NCBI GenBank assembly: GCA_030141605.1
Contig: JAQGDQ010000955.1
Location: 25,817 to 76,714 of the forward strand
Reading direction: 5' to 3'
Length of the DNA stretch: 50,898 nt
Source of the DNA: Tubiluchus corallicola
Lineage: Eukaryota > Animalia > Priapulida
Positions 37,665-50,249 of this stretch are shown piece after piece (positions within the stretch are counted from its first letter, which is position 1; every line of letters starts with the position of its first letter). The position numbers and the translations under genes were made by a program. The notes beneath the pieces were generated by a model. It did not search any database. It saw only the letters and a program-made list of their open reading frames with translations, and was not told where the DNA came from.

Positions 37665-38835
37665 ATGAAATCGTCACTGACTGCAATGTTGCTGGCTGTA
37701 CTGGTCTGTACACTGTTTTCACTGGTCTATGGGCAAAGTGCTTCAAGAAGCAGCTCTGTGGGTAATAGTATCTGCTGTGCGCCGTTGAGCGACCTACTTG
37801 GAGACAACGGGCAACTGATATACCCCGACAACATCAAAAATCCGTCAAAAAATGTGTCAATCTACAACCCTCACAAACGTAAGTTCTTGTTAGAGTACTC
37901 AAACGTACAAGGCGGTCCAAAAATGGTCCGGGTGCAGAATCAGAAATGACAGGGTGAGCCACAAGATCGATCCTGGATGGATGCCTTGTTATAGATTAAT
38001 CAGCAAACAGTAATCCCTTTAATTCAGCTAGTTGGTAGGCGGAGAATAATTACAAAAGCCAAGGTGGGTCACGGGTCATGAGTTGTGGAATGAAATTCTG
38101 TTGACTAAATACTCGTATCTCTAAGGTAAAAATATAGTTTTTCGAAGCATGCTTGTTTGTTCCTAACGAAAATTAAAATCTAAAAAATTGGAAGTATATA
38201 TCGACTAGTATTGAAACTATTTCTCAGAAATTCTTTCTTGCACCAATTACCAACTATGAGGTTAAAGAAACCATCTCAGGACCTCAAACAGTAGTACAGA
38301 AGTAGTACAGAAAGAGAGATACAGCGTTTATTAGAACACTGGAAGCCGGCTGTCTTTTGAAGAAGTTCAGTGAGAAAGTATGATTTGCAACGATGCAATC
38401 AGAAAAGTTAGAATCAGGCCAGGTTAGAGTAGCTATTTCTGCCAGGCTTTGAAAAGCAGCCCTGTATGAGTTTCAAAGAAATTGTTATCTATCAATTTTG
38501 CAGAACGGTGATTGATTCAAACACAAACGGACCAGCACGGGCGGGGGGGACGAATATCTTCAGTGATGAACGGCGAACAGGGTGCCCGGCAATGACGTTT
38601 GGGTACTACATCCAGCGGCCAATTTGTGCGACATCTTGTAATGGTCACCTTGTCGTCATTTTTCCTAGACAATATCTCTACGCCAGTGTGTGTAGAACGT
38701 AAGTTTGTGTAACGATGATATTGTATGCGAAACATCTGTGCACAACCGAAACACCATTGTGTTGTCGTCATTCTCTCTTTTATTCTCTCTCTCTTTTTTC
38801 TCTCTCTCTCCCTCTCTCTCTCCCTCTCTCACACA

Positions 38836-38883
<48 letters not shown>

Positions 38884-39374
38884 TAAGCTTTCTTTCTCCT
38901 ACTCCTTCCCTATCTCTGCCTCTTTCTTTCTCTCACTCTCGCTCCTTCTTCCATCCTGTCTACTTTGTTCTACTCTAATTTGTAGCATACTTGAAATAAA
39001 TTAAAATTATTGTACACCACAATTATTGCCTACTGCGCAATAACAACGACGATGACGACAATGATGACAATGACAACCATAACAATGATGACAATGACGA
39101 TGAAAACTACAGCCACAGTAACAACGACGACGACGACTACAGCAGCAGTAACAACAGTACCCACAATAATAATTACCCCATTATTATAAAATGAAATATA
39201 AATAAATTCTATCATTTCAGCCCTGGAGCAAGCTGTGTTCATACCAAGCATTGCCATGGTCGCTGCATTCAGGTCTATGGAGAAAGACGTCTGTATGGTT
39301 TCGACCTCACTACAAATCGAGTTGACTATTATGGCTTCAAATATCCCTGGTTCTGCCCCTGCAATGTCAATTAG
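37665..39374 (+). CDS. Secreted Spaetzle/neurotrophin-like cystine-knot protein; exons 37665-37878, 38504-38698, 39221-39374
   Basis: Signal peptide MKSSLTAMLLAVLVCTLFSLVYG; gtaagt donors at 37879 and 38699; acceptors ttttgcag and atttcag. Exons 2+3 give ERR-TGCPAMTFGYYIQRPICATSCNGHLVVIFPRQYLYASVCRTPGASCVHTKHCHGRCIQVYGERRLYGFDLTTNRVDYYGFKYPWFCPCNVN*, fitting the Spaetzle pattern (CP..Y..P..A...G, Q....C, C.Q.Y, F.xP..CxC). Exon 1 ends in phase 1 but exon 2 needs phase 2. Confidence 0.8.
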
Positions 39375-39524
39375 CCAGCAACAACATTGAAAAACATTGA
39401 AAAGGAAAAGTGGCTAATTCTTTATTACAATATTGAAGAAATGTTCACTTATAATTTTAGATTTTAGAACACTCATGTTATTCGAAAATTGCTAATGTAA
39501 TAACATGCAAATTAGTAGTAAGAA

Positions 39525-39576
<52 letters not shown>

Positions 39577-41011
39577 TGTAACATATAGATAAATTAAAAT
39601 TGCTCTCTGTAGTCTTTGCTTTTATTGCAAAGGCCAGTAATTTCTCTAACGATTATAAAGCTTTAATCAATTCAAGTTTAATGCAATATAAATTCTGCAT
39701 TGTCACTTACGGTTTGTTATTATAGAAAACATTGTGTAAAACTTACTTTTTGCTTAATAAAATTACTTCACTTACTATGCACTATATATTATATGCTTGT
39801 AGTTTTTCTTTTTAAATGAAGAGTTTAATTTTACAGCAGCAAACAGCGGTCAGTGATGCGTGGACATAGCGGTCAGTCAACCACTCAACTGATGAATCCA
39901 CTAAAAACTGATTGACCAACCGACCGACTACCAACAACAATCAACAAAGCAAAGAACTAACCAACCAACCGACCAAACTACCAATCAACTGACAAAACCA
40001 AGCACTTTGCACACCTACCAACCAACCAAATTAAGCAACCAACCAATCAACCAGCCAGCATCCAACCAACCAATCAGCCAACTAACGAACCAAACAACCA
40101 GCCATAAGCCAAGCTATCAAACAACCAACCAACAAATCAGCCAACACACCAGGTATATTGATTATCCTTGATATTGAGCTAAATTCTGGTCTCGCCACAA
40201 GCATTCATATTAAGTGCACTCCCTCGCTGAGCGCTACCTGTTGGCTTACAGTCTGTCGAATTGTATAAAAAACTGCTAGATTAACATCACGCATAAAGCA
40301 ATGACTTCAAAATCTGATTTCACTTTCGCTATTGTTATTATTTTTATTTTAAGATAGGGGATGTTTCCCACAAAACATTTGAATAGGAAGAAAAGGAAAT
40401 TTAAAAAGTATTTCTCAAAAAACTTTCCTGATAAAGTTGTATTACTTAGCATTTCGCTTGTCTGTTTGACAGACTTATGAAACAGAAACAGAAAATTCTT
40501 AGCAATTAAAATGTTCACGCCAGCTATTGAACATTACTGTATACACCAAAAGACGTCACTGGTTCACCAAAACAATTACCCACCAAACGTTAATCATACT
40601 GAGAAGATAAAGTAATATAAACTTTTGCTTAGTTAGCGAAGTGTTTGCTGCGAATGCTCTGATTTTTTTTTCAAACTTTTCAACAGTCATCGCGGGTGTT
40701 TAAATTTACCAGTTTACAAACTACAGAGCTTTGCGTTACTGCCAATGCAAGCTCTGTAGTCAATAGCGTGTAGATGATACAAGATTTCAAAACGAATTTA
40801 ATAGCGTCTTTTGTGCTTTGAAATAAATACAAGCTTTTCCACTGGACTTTGTCGCATCTGTATTATTTTTCTAGTTTTGCTATTTGTACAGCTCCACACA
40901 CGGCAAGCCGTTGCGTTGCTTGCGGCGGTACTGGAACATCATGAATATTCAACGACTTCTAAGATGAATCGCTATAAACCGACAGAGATTGAAGATTTTA
41001 CGTTAAATGCG

Positions 41012-41343
41012 TTAAAGGAACTCAGGATGATTTCCTATACTATCCTATATTCATATACTATCCCATTTTCAACTACGGTAAAAAGTATACATTTTAACAC
41101 AATTAATTAACACAAACGCTGGAAAAGCGTTTCTGATAATTAAATAATAGATTAAAAACTTAATTAACGACAGGCGAGCCCAACTATCGATGACGTCACA
41201 AACTAACATAATCTTCAACAGTAAACCTATTCCATGAGCGTGTTACAGGTGTTTGTGAAAGCGTAAATTGAAGAATAGTGCTACTGTAAGATATTCAGTA
41301 TGGTAGTATTAAAACTAGGCATGTTTTAAAATAAAAATTCGAC
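41012..41343 (+). mobile_element. End of a Kolobok-like DNA element (copy 2)
   Basis: Begins TTAA|AGGAACTCAGGATGA; inverted homologue of 35686-35998. Confidence 0.6.
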
Positions 41344-41948
41344 TTTTGAAGTCTACTGCTGTATTACTTTCATGTAATCGCATTATTTTTATCACTACTT
41401 TTCAAAACCGTACCTTAGATATAAAACCTCTATTTTGTGTCTTTACCGTGAACGTTTATGGTGTGTTTTTATGGGTGCAATCTTTAGCGTTAATAGCATC
41501 AAAACAGCTTTCAACAAATCAATATATGACACGTGCTATTTGTCCGGAATTGAATTTATCACATTTTAAAATTCTAAAAACAGATTGTTCTTATTAGCTA
41601 ACGAAACGAATCACTCATAGTGAAGATGGGATTAGTGTATGTTTGACTATTGTACTTAAAAATCTTCTTACAATATCTTTTTCAGTTATAGTCGATGAAA
41701 TATCTAAGTGTCATTTGTTTTATTCGTGTATCAATTGTCGAAAGCGGTGCCTAATTTGCCCCGTTGAAGACGATGTTAACAACTTCCCAATCCAGTTTTA
41801 GGGAGATTGTCAACAGGTAGTGACATGCCCTATTGTTTCAACCAACCATGTACCACTTGCGTCTAGGATACTGTAATGCGTAATAGTAATTTAGTTTGAA
41901 TTTTACTGTTTCAGTATCGGCACATGAGATTATTAAAATGATATAGTC

Positions 41949-42431
41949 CAGGGGTGTGCAAATTATCTGACTAGCCGGGCCACAATAAACATTCCCGCAA
42001 TTCCTGCGGGCCACAGACAGTTTGATCAAGGAGCCAAGTACAGAAAGGCCTTATAAACGATTTTTTTTGCATCCGACCTGCGTACATCGTTACTACTACA
42101 CTCAAGAAACTATTTTAGAAGTTATTAAAATTTATATTACAAACCATATATTTCTACTTTCAGGGCAGATAGTGGTAATTTCATTACAATGCATATTAGT
42201 AATGTGTATCACACAGTCTGTGCAATACAGTGTTATTAAGCACAACCGTCTTGTAAGGGTTAATGACATCCGATCTAGTAGAAAAAACTACCCGCACTAT
42301 CTTTGGGATCGTGGCAGGGACTTCAGCTGGGTACACTCAATTAATCACCCGGGCCGCACTTTCATTAGGTTGACAAATCTCTTCGCGGGCCGCACAAATT
42401 CTCTCGGCGGGCCGCAATTTGCACACCCCTG
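41949..42431 (+). mobile_element. hAT (Charlie-like) MITE, complete
   Basis: TIR CAGGGGTGTGCAAATT ... AATTTGCACACCCCTG; subterminal gcgggccgca repeats; 8-bp TSD atatagtc/atataaac (6/8). Confidence 0.92.
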
Positions 42432-42552
42432 ATATAAACTTCAGCTACTGTTATGAATAAATACTGTATTGTAAGTACTGTGGGATTTGAAAGATGCACA
42501 TCTGTCCTTCAACAAGCGCGTTTTCTTGGGTTGTTTTACATGTTTTGTTATA

Positions 42553-42912
42553 CAGGCCTCACTCAAGGAGCTCAGCATGGATATCCGCTCAATGGAAACC
42601 CTTGCACAAGATCGCTCAGCATGGCGAAGTGTCATCACCACAGGGGCTAAGACAGCAGAGGCGAAAAGAATTGAGGATGCAGAGGAGAAGCACAGGAGAT
42701 GTAAGACACGTGACACTGCCCAACAACAGGTCCAAACACCCAGCCTCACCTGTGCCAAATGCCAAAGAAGTTTCCAGGCCAGAATTGGCCTAGTCAGTCA
42801 CCTTCGAGCTCATCAAAAGAATGATAACCCCTCAAAATGACCTTTTATCCCTGTCACTATGGTCATCTTCGATTCGAAGGACAAACATCATCATCATCAT
42901 CATCATCATCAT
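42553..42912 (+). mobile_element. 5'-truncated RTE (BovB/AviRTE-like) LINE 3' end
   Basis: Encodes METLAQDRSAWRSVI...CAKCQRSFQARIGLVSHLRAH (RTE ORF C-terminus with C2H2 finger); 3' hairpin cttcgattcgaag and (CAT)n tail. Confidence 0.9.
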
Positions 42913-43012
42913 TAACATGCGGACTATGTAATTTCCTATAATTCGGGAAATGGCATTTTTATAGCTGTGATTACAGTTAAAAGACATAAACGTTTTTGAG
43001 CAGATCAGATAC

Positions 43013-43381
43013 TGTTGTGTTTTGTTTCTCTCGGAACTCTCGTAGAGAAAGCCAGAAAACACGCCGTCAAATTAAACTAGTTTATTAAGTGAGAATTCTA
43101 CAACACAAAAGTATGAAGGAACGCGAAATGTTTACTGTAAACGTGAAAATCTGGAAAACGTTTGAGTGTATCTGAAAATACAAGTATACAAGAGAATGTG
43201 TAAGTGGCATTCGTGTGAATCTGTGTGCCTGTGTCAGCGGCCTGTTTCGCCTTATATAGGGTGCCAGGGAACATTCTAGACGTTTCTTTCCAGAACATTC
43301 TACACGGTAAGACGATTATTCTAACGGAACATTCTAAAATGCTCCACTTAATTCTAATAGATGCCAGCGATCTCCACAACA
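43013..43381 (-). mobile_element. Solo LTR (369 bp), same family as 30168-30536
   Basis: TG...CA ends, 5-bp TSD GATAC on both sides. Confidence 0.93.
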
Positions 43382-43745
43382 GATACATAATGCATTTTGT
43401 GGACTAATCGGAATTTAAACCAAATGGACACTTGGGACTGCCTCGTCGATGGTGTTACTACCGTTTACATGGAAAGTTGGATTGAACAGTATATGCACAT
43501 TAACTGGATATAATAAAAATAGATTTTCGCTACAATTGATAAAATTGTCTTTTTGAATGAATTGTATTTTCCATTGCCTTGTCTTGCCGTGCTTCGCCTT
43601 ATTTTACATTGCTCTAGTTGATAGGCTAATAATGCGAACTGAACATTATTGGTCTCTAAATCTAAGAAAGTGATTTACGTATCTGGAAGTTTTTGTAACT
43701 GTCTTGTGAGAGACTCAAAAAAACTGTTACAATACCATCAGTATC

Positions 43746-44977
43746 AGGGGATTCCACAAACTTAACAAGATACAGTACCCTCACGAGCAAATTAAATATC
43801 TCAATACAAGGGACTCCACAGACTTAACAAGATACAGTACCCTCATGAGCAACTTAAATATCTCAATACAAGGGACTCCACAGACTTAACAAGATACAGT
43901 ACCCTCATGAGCAACTTAAATATCTCAATACAAGGGACTCCACAGACTTAACAAGATACAGTACCCTCATGAGCAACTTAAATATCTCAATACAAGGGAC
44001 TCCACAGACTTAACAAGATACAGTACCCTCATGAGCAACTTAAATATCTCAATACAAGGGACACCACAGACTTAACAAGATACAGTACCCTCATGAGCAA
44101 CTTAAATATCTCAATACAAGAGACTCCACAGACTTAACAAGATACAGTACCCTCATGAGCAACTTAAATATCTCAATACAAGGGACTCCACAGATTTAAC
44201 AAGATACAGTACCCTCATGAGCAACTTAAATATCTCAATACAAGGGACTCCACAGACTTAACAAGATACAGTACCCTCATGAGCAACTTAAATATCTCAA
44301 TACAGGACACCAACTTAACAAGATACAGTACCCTCATGAGCAACTTAAATATCTCAATACAGGGACTCCACAGCTTAACAAGATACAGTACCCTCATGAG
44401 CAACTTAAATATCTCAATACAGGGACTCCACAGACTTAACAAGATACAGTACCCTCATGAGCAACTTAAATATCTCAATACAAGGGACTCCACAGACTTA
44501 ACAAGATACAGTACCCTCATGAGCAACTTAAATATCTCAATACAAGGGACTCCACAGACTTAACAAGATACAGTACCCTCATGAGCAACTTAAATATCTC
44601 AATACAAGGGACTCCACAGACTTAACAAGATACAGTACCCTCATGAGCAACTTAAATATCTCAATACAAGGGACTCCACAGACTTAACAAGATACAGTAC
44701 CCTCATGAGCAACTTAAATATCTCAATACAAGGGACACCACAGACTTAACAAGATACAGTGCCCTCATGAGCAACTTAAATATCTCAATACAAGGGACTC
44801 CACAGACTTGACAAGATACAGTGCCCTCACGAGCAACTTAAATATCTCAATACAAGGGACTCCACAGACTTGACAAGATACAGTACCCTCACGAGCAACT
44901 TAAATATCTCAATACAAGAGACTCCACAGACTTAACAAGATACAGTACCCTCACGAACAACTTAAATATCTCAATAC
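43746..44977. repeat. 62-bp minisatellite, ~20 copies
   Basis: Unit AGGGACTCCACAGACTTAACAAGATACAGTACCCTCATGAGCAACTTAAATATCTCAATACA; a few shortened units near 44300-44420. Confidence 0.98.
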
Positions 44978-46242
44978 TGTAATTACTTGTGCATTAGTGA
45001 TTGTGTAATTGACTGCTGCTGGTCACTTCTCGTGGCTCTTGCTCAATTGCATGACTTTACTAGCGTTGTTCTGCTATAAAAATGTTCGTGTTCTAGCAAA
45101 AGATTTTTGACTAAAGACATAGTGACAGAGCGTCCTAAGGGCCGTCGTTATGCTGACGACGGTGACAGCTTTGTGATGACGACATCTTTTGTTCGCAATG
45201 TTACTAAGATTGCTTTGTCATCAGTGTCACTGACGTAATATTTGCATCACCAACCCAGTTAACCAACAAGACGTATAGCCTTAAAATGACCAGCATAAAG
45301 ACTGTAGACTTCAGATCTTATAGAAAGTTTAAAGCCAGTGGCTTGTCAGCACTTCAAAGAAGCAATGCAGAAAGAAAAGAAAAACATTTTAAATAATTAA
45401 TAATTTTCTTTTCCAGTTACATAAGTCTTTCTAGTAGGTAAGCGAAAAACTAAGGAACATAGATTTGCACGGAATGTCTTTTGAGACATAATTTAACATT
45501 GCCTTTCCTTCCCTCGATTTACATTTGGCACATGACGTCATGTAATGGCGACTTCGAAACAGTATTGCGGGAGATTTAAAATGAAAACAAACTAAAATTC
45601 CTTTCAGTGCGAGTAAGATATACGCATAAAATTGCTATAAAGTAATACAATTTTTAAAGACGATTTTTCTGAAACCTACTTCAGGTACACCCCTTTTCTT
45701 GTCTTTTAAATCATTTTTTGCGTAAGACACTTGAAAATTAAAATTGCTAACCTGTTACTTTAACTAATTTTTAAAAACGCGTGTATATAGGCCTGTGAAC
45801 GCTATAAAAACAGTTGTGCATTAGCTGTAAAAATTGTGTAAAGGCTTTAAGCCTGCGCATGCGCACCACCGTGTTTTGAAGCGATTAAAAGTAACGAATC
45901 AATAAAGCGTTGCTTTTCCCAACTATGTGTGTTACATTAAGAAATTGAAAAATTCTTTCATACAACAAAGGCGATGTGACGAATATGAATGTGATTAGGC
46001 TTCAAATGACTTTGCGACAACATGCACAGAATTTCTCAGTAAACTTCGTGATTTAATTATGACATGATTTTTATTATTAAACACATTTTGTAACAATAAG
46101 CACATGCTTGTATATATTTATTAACAACACCTATCATATCATATGCAATTGCAACTATATAGAAACATTGTTTATTACAAGAATGTGTTGTTTTCTTTAA
46201 CAGTTCCAATGGTATGTAAAGTTTGCAGAATATAAGTGAACA

Positions 46243-46530
46243 TATAACGTTGTTATTTTAACTTAAGAGCAATAATTAAATTGAAATTTAAGAAGATTAA
46301 ATTTAACATCCTTAAACTTTACCACCTATCCACATTTGAGATACCAATGTCACATTTGACTTGACGTGTGTCAACATTTGACTTACTAAAAACGCTTAAG
46401 ATTTCTTGAAAACCATTGTTAACACATTTGAACTACCAAAGTCTACATTTGAGTTAACGTAGGTCTACATTTGAATTACCTAAATCTACATTTGAGTTAA
46501 CGTAGGTCTACATTTTACATGTAAAACCTA
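46243..46530 (-). mobile_element. Truncated copy of the 27516-27955 MITE
   Basis: Reverse-complement match to ~27516-27800, ends gtaaaaccta|ta. Confidence 0.85.
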
Positions 46531-47874
46531 TATAATAGAACTATTTTCTACGGACGATTATTTGTAGCTTGTACGGCAGCGACAATCTGATAAAACCTTG
46601 CCCACAAAACCGTAAAATCTAACTGTGTAAAATTTAATTGTTTCATTCATTCATATGCATAACATATTTCATATTCATTTGACCCATTCAAACTGCTGGC
46701 CCGGTATCGCCGTGTGCTTATGAACACACAAGTGGAATTATTAGTCTATAAACGGTTTCCAAATCGTGAAAGTTTCCTCGGATTGCTCTAATAATGGTCA
46801 GAATGTTCCAATAATACAGTCTATTGAGTTCTATACATTTTAAACGTCTATTGCATTTTTAACGGACAAAAATTATTGTGCACATATAATAAATTATATA
46901 GTAACTCTCAAAGCCATAGGCTAAACAATCAAAAGCAAAAATTATACCACACAACGCATAATGGTAACAAAAAGCGTACTTGGACGTAACTTTTTAAAAG
47001 ATACAGAGAGTCTAACCACTTATTTCTGATGTCAAAATCATCATCTGGGTTTTAAGAATTTTAAAAATAAGACGTGTGCTAAGCGAACAATCTATATAAA
47101 TAAATACATGAACATATATATATAGGCTCGACATTTCAGTTCTTTATCAAAAACAATTTTCTTTACTTTTCCTTGATGCATAATACTGTTATACCAGAAG
47201 TGCCAAATGCATTCAAAAGGCAACTAGGCTACGACAGCTACGAAATTTTTTAACCCGAGAACAGGGAACAGGACCTGTTAAAGGCTCAGATCGACTTGGA
47301 AAACGGTGGGCTCGATAATCAGTTCACGCTGTGGTTGCAGAAAATAAGAATAATTGAAATCTAAGTCTGGTATCATAAAAATAATAAGGCTCTTAACCTA
47401 TTTAGCGTATTCTATTGAGCAGGTTTTATCATCAAGACAAATGTTTTACAACAATTCAACAGCTGCTGAACATTTTTGACAAAAATGTCCTTTCCCGCTG
47501 CTATTTCCTTTTTGTCAGGTTCACTGTCACAATAACTTGCGGTCAAATGTCACTGATCTAATATTCTCTCATTTGTTCTCTATTTCACCAGCTCTGGCGG
47601 TTATCCTCCTAATTCAGGAAGCAGTACAAGTAAGACGTAATAAAAAATCTACTACAAAAGCATACAAAGCCACGACGAGCAGCATAAATGTTGAAGCTCA
47701 AAATTTTCTGTCTTTATCAGTCACTCTAGCTGTTTCTGCCTTAAATAACTGCCACCATCAATTAACGGCCATTAGCGATTTCACAGACGGTTTCATACTA
47801 CACCTCCGCACTTCCAACTGTCACCGTCGATATCGACGAAGCAATCGTAACTCGTCACTAAATTTGAAATTTTG

Positions 47875-48623
47875 TCACCACGGGCGGCGCCACTGGAGAG
47901 TGAGAAAAATGGCGATGGCTCCACTAAGAGCGATATTCCAATGGTTTTGTGGCAGAAAACATCCAGAATTACATAAGTCGTAGTCACAGTAGCAGTTAAC
48001 GCTCATTCCTTGCTCCAGTGGTACCTTGTAACATCCGCTCTTGGGCTTAAGGCTCCTATACATCATTGGTAAGCAACCTCTTTCTATGTGAACTAGCGTT
48101 CCTACAAAAAATATAACACTAGTTATTGCACAACGTACTATATATTACACACTCAGTTTCCTGCACTGATAATGTCGTAAGAAAGCATTAAGTGCCTAAA
48201 TTTGGAAGCGAGTCGTCGCCATCTTTTCAAGTAAAAGAACGTTTTTCGAAAAAAATATAACTTAAACTATCTTTTAATGAAGCCACAATAATTCGAAGCG
48301 GGTAAATAGTGCTTTGCTTTTGTCCGCTTGAGTTCGATACTTGCTGTGAGCCGTTTACCCTGTAGAGGGAGGATCCATGGCTAAAATACTCGCTGCCAGT
48401 TCAATGAATTACTTTATAATGTAAGTTACATCTGATTATGAGCCAAATTCCTTTCTCAACACAAATATGAACACCTTGTGCTCCAGCTTGCAATGTGTCA
48501 AAATGTAAAAAATAAAAAATAAAACCAAATCTGACTCAAAAAGAGAAAATGCAAGAAAGAGTTCAGTTAGCAAGGCAATGCCTTAGGTCACTAGTTCAAA
48601 CACAAAGCTTGCCATTAAGACAC

Positions 48624-48676
<53 letters not shown>

Positions 48677-48719
48677 ATAGTAGTAGTAGTAGTAGTAGTA
48701 GTAATAGTAGTAGTAGTAA

Positions 48720-48770
<51 letters not shown>

Positions 48771-48818
48771 CAGTAGCAGTAGCAGTAGCAGTAGCAGTAG
48801 CAGTAGCAGTAGCAGTAG

Positions 48819-48849
<31 letters not shown>

Positions 48850-50056
48850 AGCAGTAGTAGTAGCAGTAGTAGTAAAAAATCTTTATTTGCCATTTTAAAA
48901 ACATTGACCATCATAATAAAAGACAGACAATCAGTGTTAGTTCATAAAAAACATACACTGTTCTAGGCAAGTGCGTCTGGTGCAAGCTAAACTATAAGTG
49001 CAACTAGAAATTCAAAAATAAAGTATAAACTAGTTTAATAAGGTCTAGGAAAAATGAAATTATGATTTGAGTAAGTATCATCGTGTTCGTATGTCGGATA
49101 TTCAAAACGAGTCATTAAATGTTTTTTTTTAATTTAGACTTGAATATTGATAAACAGCTGTCTTTATCATGTCGATAAAGATCATAAGTCTTTATCGACG
49201 TGCATATCCTTAGCTCTCTAAGAAGTACAGCATGAGACTCCCTTAATATACGTGCCCACAAGGTTCACAATTACGGTGCCATCTGTACACAGAGAACTAC
49301 GACCACCCGAGGAGAGTAGTTTGATTTAAATTATAACGATATTATTAAATAAGCAATGCTCAGTAAATTCCGTCATTGAGTATTTTTATTCTTCAGCATT
49401 TTGCTTTACAGGCGAGTTCAGAAATTTCGGAAATAGACCCTAGTACAATACACACCTCACCATGTCGATAATATCCTCATAAATAAGAACAAAAGATGAA
49501 ATATTTCCTCATTGGATGAAAGCTTAACACAAAGTAACTTCATTGTGACCTGGATTATTAACGAGAGTTTTGTGGTTTTCAGTTTTGGATAGCTATAAAC
49601 TATTTCTAATGTCCCTGTTTGTGCGGAATACGTAAAAATGGAGTATCGTTGTTCGTACGGAAGTAAACATATTGCATTTTAAGATACTTTTTCTTACATT
49701 ATCAGACAACAGTCGTGACACGCAGTAATTTCTGTTAAAACTATTAGGGCTTCATGTATAAACCATCTATCGTAAAGATATCGGAAGTATTTGTGTGAAG
49801 AAAAATCTGTGCCATGTAGACCAGGCTTAATATACGGCTAAGTACAAAAACATCATGATTAAAATTTTACCGTTATTTATGGACGTTGTAAGTTTAATGC
49901 AAGCCGCGTGACGAGTACTACATTCCTTCACTTGGGTCATACGATGATCAAAGTGACCAGGGGTGCATCTTGACCTCATCATTGACTTGTCAACCAGATC
50001 CTTCCCGTTTGCCTCAGGTGACCACGAACAGGTAAAACAGCGTAGTGCTCTAACAA
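47875..50056 (-). CDS. Ly6/uPAR three-finger, quiver/sleepless-like GPI-anchored protein; last two coding exons 50056-49871 and 48101-47875
   Basis: Junctions tttttcag|TT, AACG|gtaaaa and tttttgtag|GA are all phase 1. Joined: VRALRCFTCSW...RCTP...KECSTRHAACIKL...IERGCLP...GCYK...NCYCDYDLCNSG plus hydrophobic tail IALSGAIAIFLTL. Ten Cys ending CxCxxDLCN. Signal-peptide exon not found in the window. Confidence 0.9.
48626..48875. repeat. (GTA)n/(GCA)n microsatellite
   Basis: Directly visible; abuts a minus-strand AATAAA, so probably an expanded retroposon tail. Confidence 0.97.
48876..49290 (-). mobile_element. Probable degraded LINE 3' end in the Ly6 intron
   Basis: Minus strand DSCLSIFKSKLKK-like peptide, then AATAAA and a (TAC)n tail. 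Confidence 0.45.
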
Positions 50057-50249
50057 CTGAAAAATGAAACAAACAAAATCATTAAACGTCAACACTGAAC
50101 AACACTGATTGATTGATTGGCTGATTGGCCACTTGGTTGCTTGGCCGCTTGGCCGCTTGGCCGCTTGGCCGCTTGGCCGCTCAGCTGGCTGGCTGGCTGA
50201 CTGACTGACTGACTGACTGACTGACTGACTGGCTGACTGACTGATTGAT

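Noticed and set aside
42487-42840. Host C2H2 zinc-finger gene
   Set aside because: The peptide is the C-terminus of an RTE LINE ORF, followed directly by its 3' hairpin and (CAT)n tail.
45854-45865. NRF1-type palindrome TGCGCATGCGCA as a promoter
   Set aside because: Isolated motif with no adjacent gene start or other support.
47537-47983. 148-aa plus-strand ORF
   Set aside because: Non-ATG start, antisense to the Ly6 last exon and 3' UTR, no recognisable features.
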